A DNA stretch of 32,000 nt from Nitrosococcus oceani ATCC 19707 (GTDB lineage Bacteria; Pseudomonadota; Gammaproteobacteria; Nitrosococcales; Nitrosococcaceae). Under the pieces are notes generated by a model, which was not told the DNA's origin, did not search any database, and was given only the letters and a program-made list of their open reading frames with translations. Position 1 is the stretch's first letter; the number at the start of each line of letters is the position of its first letter. The stretch lies in contig NC_007484.1 of the NCBI RefSeq assembly GCF_000012805.1, forward strand, positions 2,490,001 to 2,522,000, given 5' to 3'. A program made the position numbers and the translations under genes. Positions 10,243 through 17,154 of the stretch are shown here, piece after piece.

Positions 10243-10258
10243 TGCCTAGTAACTGCCA
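10243..10258 (-). promoter_or_regulatory. Candidate sigma-54 (-24/-12) promoter for the fliL operon
   Basis: The minus strand reads TGGCAG-TTACT-AGGCA. The GG and GC dinucleotides are spaced exactly as in the TGGCAC-N5-TTGCW consensus. The element lies about 100 nt upstream of the fliL ATG. The -12 element lacks the usual T before GC, so the match is only partial. Confidence 0.25.
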
Positions 10259-10373
10259 AATAAATGGCGGCTAATTACAAAAGTACTTTGGCAAAAAATT
10301 GACACTCAATGGTAGCCATCCTCCCGCCCTAATATCGGGCCTGGAAGGATAGGGGAATTGCTAACCTACTACC

Positions 10374-11423
10374 TTAGCTCCGCTTCCCCTCTTCCCTCCT
10401 ATCAGGAGACAATGCCAAGGATCTTTGAGAAGAAGTCACTAAACAAAGAGCTTTAAGAATCTCGGGCAATGCGGTTTCTAGGGAATATCGAGGACGGTAA
10501 CCGAGTTCTCTTTGTATTTTGGCGCAGCTATACCATGCTGAACCCATTAATTTGTATAACACTTGGGAATTCAAAGGCACTTCTCTCTTGAGAACCCACC
10601 CGGCAAGATCCCCCGCTTTGGCAGCCATTTGCAGCAACCCGGCCGGAAAACGCCACCCCGGAATAGAACGGCCTAAGGCCTGGCAAAGCAATATATAAAT
10701 CTGGCGAGAAGAATAAGTACAACCATCCGTCACGATATAAGTTTGATGGCTTGCCTTGGGATTTTCGGCTGTGAGCAATAGCGCCTGCACGACATCATTT
10801 ACATGCACCATGGAACGGCGGTTTTTTACTTCCGGCAGTGGTGGAAACCACCCCCGATCAATTGCGGCCATCATTCGGGGGAGATTCCCCTTGCCATCGC
10901 TGCCATACACCATGGGAAGACGCAAGTTGCAAACATGCATACCGTAAGTACGGCCAGCCTCCAGCACCGCCCGTTCGGCAGCTAGCTTCCCTCGGCCATA
11001 GGCGCTTTGGGGAAGCTCTGGACTGGCTTCATCAAGGTGGCTACTTCCTCCCTCACCCATGGCCTTGACGCTACTCACAAAAATAAATCGTTTAACTCCA
11101 GCTCTTGCAGCCCGTCTCAGAAGCTCTTTAGTCCCCTCCACCGCTACTTTTTGGTGGAGCCACTCTGCCTCGCCGGTCTTATCGTTTTCGGCAAAACTGC
11201 CGCTAGCCAAGTGAAAAACAATATCCACTCCTTCACACAAATCCCCAAGCGTTAAGGCATTGGCAAAATCTCCCCGCACCACCTCTAGTAAACCCGGACT
11301 CCATATTGCCTCGGCCTGTTCCACATTTCTTGCTAATATCCGGATTGTTTCTTTTCTCGATAACAGCGCTGCCACTAGGTGCCGGCCGATAAAACCCGTT
11401 GCGCCGGTAACAAGCACCTTCAT
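10374..11423 (-). CDS. NAD-dependent sugar epimerase/dehydratase (extended SDR family)
   Basis: From the ATG at 11423 the protein reads MKVLVTGATGFIGRHL, a GxxGxxG Rossmann motif. The catalytic YGRGK is a YxxxK motif. The track start at 11441 is a TTG. Confidence 0.85.
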   Translation of the reverse strand: MKVLVTGATGFIGRHLVAALLSRKETIRILARNVEQAEAIWSPGLLEVVRGDFANALTLGDLCEGVDIVFHLASGSFAENDKTGEAEWLHQKVAVEGTKELLRRAARAGVKRFIFVSSVKAMGEGGSSHLDEASPELPQSAYGRGKLAAERAVLEAGRTYGMHVCNLRLPMVYGSDGKGNLPRMMAAIDRGWFPPLPEVKNRRSMVHVNDVVQALLLTAENPKASHQTYIVTDGCTYSSRQIYILLCQALGRSIPGWRFPAGLLQMAAKAGDLAGWVLKREVPLNSQVLYKLMGSAWYSCAKIQRELGYRPRYSLETALPEILKALCLVTSSQRSLALSPDRREEGKRS

Positions 11424-11471
11424 TCTAAAATCAGACACCAAGGAAAAGCAGTGGAGACTATGAATACAGGA

Positions 11472-12554
11472 TTAGCGGCTATGGGCACGTTTTGCTACTC
11501 CCCCTGAAACGCTGGTGCTTTCCGGCTTAGCCCGATAGGCCGTAGCCGAAGTGCTCGCCACTTTCGGGGAACTCCCAGCCAAGTAAAAAGTATTCCTCAT
11601 TCTAAATCCGGCTTTAGCTCTGCCTTCAGCGACAAGCCGCCGTAGTAAGGTCAGCCCAGCCAACACGCAAAAACGCCCCCACACGGCACCGGTTACTAAC
11701 CCCATAAGCGATAGGGGATATTGGTGGCGAAAGAATTTCCGATAAAAATACACCATGCCCTTATGCTTGTACCAAAGCACGCGGATAGGCCAATCCTTAC
11801 TGCAAGTCCCCTTATAGTGGACCACCTCTACGCTCGGGACGAATAAAATTTTCCAACCTGCCTGCCGAAATCGCATGCACCAGTCCAAATCCTCGCAATG
11901 GAGAAAATAATTTTCATCCAGCAAACCGACATGTTTGAGTCCCTCCCGTCGAACGAGCATAAAAGCGCCAGAGATAGCTTCGAGAGAGAAGGACTCTCTA
12001 GGCAAAACCTGACGGCTAAGGACAAACCCCTGAAATCTAGGGTGATAGGGAAATAGCTTATTCAAATGGAGCACCCGGACAAAGGTCCGCCACGGTGTAG
12101 GCACACTACGGCGGCAGCCGGCTTGTTCGGTTCCGTCCGGGTTACGAAGCAGGCAACCCGCCATTCCTGCCTCCGGCTCCCTAACCATGGCCTCAAGCAT
12201 ACTTGGGAGCGTATTTGGACGGATAACACAGTCGGGATTTAGCAACAGAACATACTCTCCCAACACCTGCCTGAGCGCAATATTATTTGCCCGAGCAAAT
12301 CCTAGGTTGCGGTTATTTTCAATCATCCGCACTCGTGAATCCCCATCCACGATGCTCCGCAAGCACGTCAAACTGCTATCGCGGGAACCATTATCCACAA
12401 CGATTATCTCTAATGAGATATCCGCCTCCAACACAGAACGCACCGCTTCGGTTAGCAGCCAACCGCCATTGAAATTGACTATAACGACGGAAACAAGTGG
12501 ATGGCGCTCCGCTCCCTTGACCTTGTTCCTACGCTCTCCATTTATACTTTTCAT
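11472..12554 (-). CDS. Family 2 glycosyltransferase (rhamnosyltransferase-like, COG1216 type)
   Basis: Motifs seen are VSVVIVNFNGGWLL...IIVVDNGSRDSS...NLGFARANNIAL...LLLNPDCVI...CEDLDWC. The C-terminal tail is basic. Confidence 0.85.
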   Translation of the reverse strand: MKSINGERRNKVKGAERHPLVSVVIVNFNGGWLLTEAVRSVLEADISLEIIVVDNGSRDSSLTCLRSIVDGDSRVRMIENNRNLGFARANNIALRQVLGEYVLLLNPDCVIRPNTLPSMLEAMVREPEAGMAGCLLRNPDGTEQAGCRRSVPTPWRTFVRVLHLNKLFPYHPRFQGFVLSRQVLPRESFSLEAISGAFMLVRREGLKHVGLLDENYFLHCEDLDWCMRFRQAGWKILFVPSVEVVHYKGTCSKDWPIRVLWYKHKGMVYFYRKFFRHQYPLSLMGLVTGAVWGRFCVLAGLTLLRRLVAEGRAKAGFRMRNTFYLAGSSPKVASTSATAYRAKPESTSVSGGVAKRAHSR

Positions 12555-12670
12555 GAATAGCCTTGCCCGGCATAGTTTTCTTTTATATTGTCCGTGATTA
12601 GTTTAGCAGAATACAGCGAAAAAACCGCTATGCTAAACATGCTATTATCGTATTAACTTTCTAAATAACT

Positions 12671-15151
12671 TTAAAAATTAAAGCGCTCTAACTGTAGGGT
12701 TTCATTCACCGAAAGCACATTACCGATAGTTGCGACCGCTGTGGTATTCGAGGTAAAAGTAATGGAAAAAGTACCACTGGCCACTCCATTCACCGTAGAT
12801 CCCGTTTCATCAAAGTAATCAGCAAGATTTGCGCCAGGCATAAGAGCTGGACCCGAAAAACGATAGGCCGTTCCTGAGTAGGCAGCTGCGGAGTCCATAG
12901 AACCCGCCGTCAAAATCCAGACCGGCTCTCCCTGGCTATCATCGTAGGTATACCACGCTGCGGTTAGTACGCTCTCTTGAATATTAATAAAAAAACCGTG
13001 TCCGCTCTGCTCCGCATTCCACCATAGGCCATTGTACTTTGAAGTATAAGGAACCTGGGGATTTTGGGCAGCTGCCGGATAGGCCAAAAAAGGCTGCGCC
13101 TTAAGGCTAAATGTATTTGGAAAAATTAGAGAATCGCCACTCAGTTGAATATTGATGGAAGCTTCTCCAGGATGGATAAAATCAATATCGAGGCTGCCTA
13201 CTTCATTTGTAGCCACGGTGCTACCGCTACTATCAAACAGCGTATTCAAGGGCGATTTTAATGGCGGACCGTGAAAGGCATATAGCGTACCAGAATAGCG
13301 CCTCGTCGCAGACATGGAGCCAGCGGATAGTAACCAAAACGGGTTACCCGCTCCGTCATAGGTATACCAAGTCGCTACTAACCTATCATTGCGAACACCG
13401 AAAAAGAAGCCATGCCCATCTTGCGAAGGGTTCCACCATACACCCGACAGGGGCGAGAGTCGCTCATCGGCTACAAAATTCTCAAGCAGCAAGGCTCCGG
13501 AACCATATTCATTATCTTTTCCCCCAGCGGCACGATCCGTGCTGGCCTGTTGTAGCAATAGCTTGAGATCCTGGGCGCTGCGGTTGGGCTCTTGAGACTT
13601 GAGCAACGCCCCTGCTCCCGCCACATAAGGAGTTGCCGCCGAAGTCCCGAAAAAAGCGCCCAGAGCGGCGGTAGTCACGCCATCAGGGGCAACGATATCC
13701 GGCTTGACACGACCATCCCAGGTAGGACCTAGGGAGGAAGTAAAAGTTAATTGCTGGCTATCTATATCCACGGCGCCGACCGCAAATACACTCCGACCAT
13801 CACTAGGAGAAACCAAGGTACTGGCAGTATTTTGATACTCCATGGGAAAGATTTCTCCCTGGCTACCGCCGACGAATAGTCGCAGCAACCGCGCACCGGC
13901 CCCAGGACTCCCGCGCACGATAAATATATCGTACCTGCCCGTTGCAGGCGCAGCGAAAAAAACCTGTTCTATCGGTTCCTGGCCTAATAGTCCCGTTTGC
14001 AAGCCCACGGATGAAACACAGGCATTATCGGAGGAGAACTGGACTGTGCCTGGGCAAAAGATATAGAGATCATAATCTTGCTCGGCGCGGGGATGGGCGG
14101 GATCCTCGCCCCAATCGTCCCAGTTAAGAATGATGCGAACTTCATCTCCCTCACGCAACTGGACACTTAGGGCCTCGTCTTCATTGCTAAAGTCGTGAGC
14201 GCCGTTGCCATCCAGGTCGTTAAAAAGACCACTCCAGTAATTTTGCTGCTCATTCCCGGCAGCAGCGACAAACAAGATACCTGCTTCATCAAACAACCGG
14301 CTTGCAGCCGCGGAAATCGGACTCCTGCCATCCAAGGGACCGAGATTATCGAAGCCCAGGGAAAATGAAACAATGGAGACCCCTTGCGCACGCAACCAAT
14401 CCAGCGCCGCCATGTATTCTAATTCGGTACTCACCGCGACCAGCGTAAACTCAGCCTCGGGGGCCATATCGTATAGAATTTCAGTTACCGCGGTACCATG
14501 ACGAGTCCCCTCGAACCCTTCCCCTAGATTAAAATTTTTTGTCGTGACCTCAAGGGGTAATTCAATCCCCAAGAGATCCTGATATCCCTGGAATCCCCTA
14601 TCCAAAACAGCAACCCGCACTCCCTTTCCCGTCACCCCTAGCAAGTGGAGCTGATCGGCAAAAGTGACCTGGACACCTTCACTACGGATACTTTGCGGCA
14701 CAAGGCGATTTTCCTCCCGAGGCTCGGCCCGGCGGGGTAACCGCACATACTGGACCTGGGATAAGGCCGCTAACTCGGAAACCCGCATCAGGGGCAACGA
14801 TACTTGCAAATGCTCACCGCGCTCGATCTCCACCTTACCCCCCAACGCCTCGATGGCTAAGCGGGTCTCCTCGGTCAACGGCTCAGCCAAAAGAATATGA
14901 ATTTGCACAGGCTGGATCTGGGCCGTTCCCTTAGGGCTGGCCGCCCCTTCTAGCATCTTTTGCAAACGATACTCAATATGGGGGTGGGAGGAGGACGGCG
15001 CGTCTGGAGTGGGAGAAAAAACTTCGTTGCTTTCTAATCGGCGACCATTACCGCCATCTCCGTATGCCGGCATGAGTGTTAAGCCCATAAAAACTACACA
15101 GACTCTCATTAAATGCCAATGGATCACTCGACAGATAATTCCTTTGTTCAC
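12671..15151 (-). CDS. Secreted subtilisin-like serine protease (MEROPS S8) with propeptide, an insertion in the catalytic domain, and a duplicated C-terminal domain
   Basis: The catalytic triad contexts are VAVLDRGF (Asp), GTRHGTAVTE (His) and GTSAATPYVAGAGALL (Ser), with oxyanion AAAGNE. The signal peptide is MRVCVVFMGLTLMPAYG. A propeptide-like segment precedes the catalytic domain. The track start at 15151 is a GTG without an SD. The ATG at 15109 would give a cleaner signal peptide. Confidence 0.9.
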   Translation of the reverse strand: MNKGIICRVIHWHLMRVCVVFMGLTLMPAYGDGGNGRRLESNEVFSPTPDAPSSSHPHIEYRLQKMLEGAASPKGTAQIQPVQIHILLAEPLTEETRLAIEALGGKVEIERGEHLQVSLPLMRVSELAALSQVQYVRLPRRAEPREENRLVPQSIRSEGVQVTFADQLHLLGVTGKGVRVAVLDRGFQGYQDLLGIELPLEVTTKNFNLGEGFEGTRHGTAVTEILYDMAPEAEFTLVAVSTELEYMAALDWLRAQGVSIVSFSLGFDNLGPLDGRSPISAAASRLFDEAGILFVAAAGNEQQNYWSGLFNDLDGNGAHDFSNEDEALSVQLREGDEVRIILNWDDWGEDPAHPRAEQDYDLYIFCPGTVQFSSDNACVSSVGLQTGLLGQEPIEQVFFAAPATGRYDIFIVRGSPGAGARLLRLFVGGSQGEIFPMEYQNTASTLVSPSDGRSVFAVGAVDIDSQQLTFTSSLGPTWDGRVKPDIVAPDGVTTAALGAFFGTSAATPYVAGAGALLKSQEPNRSAQDLKLLLQQASTDRAAGGKDNEYGSGALLLENFVADERLSPLSGVWWNPSQDGHGFFFGVRNDRLVATWYTYDGAGNPFWLLSAGSMSATRRYSGTLYAFHGPPLKSPLNTLFDSSGSTVATNEVGSLDIDFIHPGEASINIQLSGDSLIFPNTFSLKAQPFLAYPAAAQNPQVPYTSKYNGLWWNAEQSGHGFFINIQESVLTAAWYTYDDSQGEPVWILTAGSMDSAAAYSGTAYRFSGPALMPGANLADYFDETGSTVNGVASGTFSITFTSNTTAVATIGNVLSVNETLQLERFNF
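12674..13445 (-). repeat. Protein-level tandem duplication (2 x about 120-137 aa) forming the C-terminus of the S8 protease
   Basis: Copy 1 is GVWWNPSQDGHGFFFGVRNDRLVATWYTYDGAGNPFWLLSAGSMSATRRYSGTLYAFHGPPL... Copy 2 is GLWWNAEQSGHGFFINIQESVLTAAWYTYDDSQGEPVWILTAGSMDSAAAYSGTAYRFSGPAL... The copies are diverged at the DNA level. Confidence 0.8.
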
Positions 15152-15182
15152 CGATTTGAGCTCTAAACCAGTTAGAAGAAAT

Positions 15183-17057
15183 CTAATCCCAAGTGTTTTC
15201 TTGGCAAAACCGCCATAGCAGCGGCCATACCTTCAACGCACTCCCTAACTGGCACAATAGCGTTTTTACTAGGGCTACCTGATCCGCCCGCCCGCTATCC
15301 GTAGCAGCATCGGGAATGAGCCGGTTTTCACGACTGACCAAGGCATTGCTCCCCGCTTGCAATAAACGCCTGACATCCTCGGCCCAATAGGAAGGCTGGC
15401 CTTGATAAGTATCTAACTGAGCTTGCAAGCGGTTTATCTTGCCCACCCGGGCATGAAGCAAATTTTCCTCAATTCCCGCTTCAAGCACAGCGGTGTCTCC
15501 CTCAGCTAATCCCAGGTAAATTTCCGCCAAAAAAGTTAATCTTTGCCATGAATGATTAGCATAGCAATTTTTCATGGCATTACTAGTAATATCAGCGAGA
15601 AACCCAAGCACGCCTACATTTTCAGGCTTATCCAAAACCGCTTGCTTCCAAACCCGTTCAGATTCAGGAAAATGCAGCAATCCCCAGGGGAATTCCAGTG
15701 CCAAGGAAGTAGGATACAAAGCTTTAACCAAAGTCCCAAATAAGTGATCCTCATTGCGGAAATAAGGGCTCGTACAAGGCAGCATCTCCTGATTATCAAA
15801 CCCGGTCAGGGTGCTAAGCAACGAGGTGTTAGGTAAAAAATGAAAAGAGGACGATCCCAGCCACAAGTGCCGGCTAGCACGCAATACTTGATAACTTTCT
15901 GAACTCTCCACCAATTGCGATCTTGCTTCTCCTTCAAGTTCATATATCCAATCCGTAGAAACAGTGCCAGGATCACCCAAAATACCGGATTGGGTTAAAA
16001 GAACCTTAGAATCGGCCCGCAGCGCATCGATCTGCTCGCTCCTGAAATCTTTAAAGCTTTGCTCCTCCAACTTAACCGCGGAGAAATGATGGGCCGCTGC
16101 CCCAATCGGACTTCCAAGCACATCGGCATGTTGCTCGATAGGATCGATAGGAGAAACCGTAGTTTTTGTTAATAAATCATCCCGATCCAGGAAAAAACGG
16201 ACTTCCCTGGGTCTCTCCGAAACTTCCAAACGATTTTGGTGGCCCGGTGCCAGGCGCGGTTGACAGACCATATCATCGTCAATGGCCAAGAAGCGTTTTC
16301 CAGCGGTTAAAAGCATCATGTAATTCCAGATCCTGCCCCCTGAAAATCTCCCATTCTCGGCACTTTTGCCTAACAACCACTGGATTGACTCCTCATGTTC
16401 CGGAAATGCCTTGAGCAAAGCAGCAATAAGTTTTTGCTGCTCACCCCAACCATGATAATAGATCTCTAGCCCGTCTTTCTTCCTGGCCTGTTCTATTAAT
16501 ACTTGGTTTTCGGTAATATTTTCCAGGCTTCTCGAATCATCTATCGCAAAATACCGGTAGCGTTGCCCATGATGGCGTTCATTCTCAGCAAAACTCTTTA
16601 TTAAACGGGCTAATGACTTTGGCCGATCGCAGGTACGCACCAAAATTCCAAATAAAGGATACTGGCTAGGACTTCTCCCTCTATGCTGCAACTTTGTAAG
16701 TAATAGTTTGGCCGGAATCATGAAGCCCTGTTCAATGAATTTATTAAAAATTTGGCTAATTTCAGACTGGCGTTTCGCAAGTGCCGGATTCATTTTCTTC
16801 ACCACGGCAATATGTTCTTCCAATGTTCTAAACTGCCGGCAAAGCTGGAGAATTTGAAATACCTCTGAAGAGACGACCAACTTGCCATCGGTATGCCTGC
16901 TCTTCAAAAGTAACTGCCGCCGTGGTAGAGAAAAAACGGCACAATGATCAAATGCCCATAATCCCCGCTCCTGCTGGGTAGTGGCGGCGTCCACCATGCT
17001 GTAACTCTGGCTAAAATTCCAGGAGTAATTTATTTTGCCTCTTTTCTCAGTCGTCAT
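15183..17057 (-). CDS. Orphan 624-aa protein: PqqD/RRE-like N-terminus, GT-A-fold glycosyltransferase-like core, and about 330 aa of unassigned C-terminal region
   Basis: This is a long, clean ORF 31 nt upstream of the protease. The GT-A signature is LFGILVRTCDRPKSLARLIKSF...RYFAIDDSRS...GRIWNYMMLLTAGKRFLAIDDDMVCQP, which includes a DxD motif. The N-terminal segment is GKLVVSSEVFQILQLCRQFRTLEEHIAVVKKMNPALAKRQSEISQIFNKFIEQGFMIP. It follows the PqqD-family pattern. The coding call is confident; the functional call is tentative. Confidence 0.6.
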   Translation of the reverse strand: MTTEKRGKINYSWNFSQSYSMVDAATTQQERGLWAFDHCAVFSLPRRQLLLKSRHTDGKLVVSSEVFQILQLCRQFRTLEEHIAVVKKMNPALAKRQSEISQIFNKFIEQGFMIPAKLLLTKLQHRGRSPSQYPLFGILVRTCDRPKSLARLIKSFAENERHHGQRYRYFAIDDSRSLENITENQVLIEQARKKDGLEIYYHGWGEQQKLIAALLKAFPEHEESIQWLLGKSAENGRFSGGRIWNYMMLLTAGKRFLAIDDDMVCQPRLAPGHQNRLEVSERPREVRFFLDRDDLLTKTTVSPIDPIEQHADVLGSPIGAAAHHFSAVKLEEQSFKDFRSEQIDALRADSKVLLTQSGILGDPGTVSTDWIYELEGEARSQLVESSESYQVLRASRHLWLGSSSFHFLPNTSLLSTLTGFDNQEMLPCTSPYFRNEDHLFGTLVKALYPTSLALEFPWGLLHFPESERVWKQAVLDKPENVGVLGFLADITSNAMKNCYANHSWQRLTFLAEIYLGLAEGDTAVLEAGIEENLLHARVGKINRLQAQLDTYQGQPSYWAEDVRRLLQAGSNALVSRENRLIPDAATDSGRADQVALVKTLLCQLGSALKVWPLLWRFCQENTWD

Positions 17058-17154
17058 TATCCAGACTCTTAAAATTTTGGAGTAAAATTTGCTTAAAAAC
17101 GGTATTAAAAATTGGCTTGTTGCTAAAAAATAGGCTCATTCTTCATCGCTTCCA
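17058..17154. promoter_or_regulatory. AT-rich divergent intergenic region, presumed to hold promoters for the 624-aa gene (-) and the 711-aa gene (+)
   Basis: This is the only divergent junction in the window. Five A4-6 tracts start at 17071, 17084, 17095, 17107 and 17125. I could not pick out a convincing -35/-10 pair by eye. Confidence 0.3.

Noticed and set aside
10288-10303. Plus-strand TGGCAAAAAATTGAC, which superficially resembles a sigma-54 promoter.
   Set aside because: The spacing between GG and the putative GC/GA is one nucleotide short and the -12 GC is missing. It also points into the 3' end of a convergently oriented gene.
10318-10350. Compound hairpin atcctcccgccc-taatatc-gggcctggaaggat downstream of the epimerase stop, considered as a possible terminator.
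   Set aside because: The stem is bulged and partly weak. No U-tract follows it on the minus transcript; the nearest T6 run is about 20 nt further on. I could not support a terminator call.
12551-17154. A RiPP-style precursor peptide gene next to the PqqD-like protein and the subtilase.
   Set aside because: The gaps at 15152..15182 and 17058..17154 contain no ORFs. The only small ORF (12551..12640) lacks an SD and any leader/core features I can recognise. No dedicated exporter is adjacent. A classical RiPP cluster is therefore not supported.
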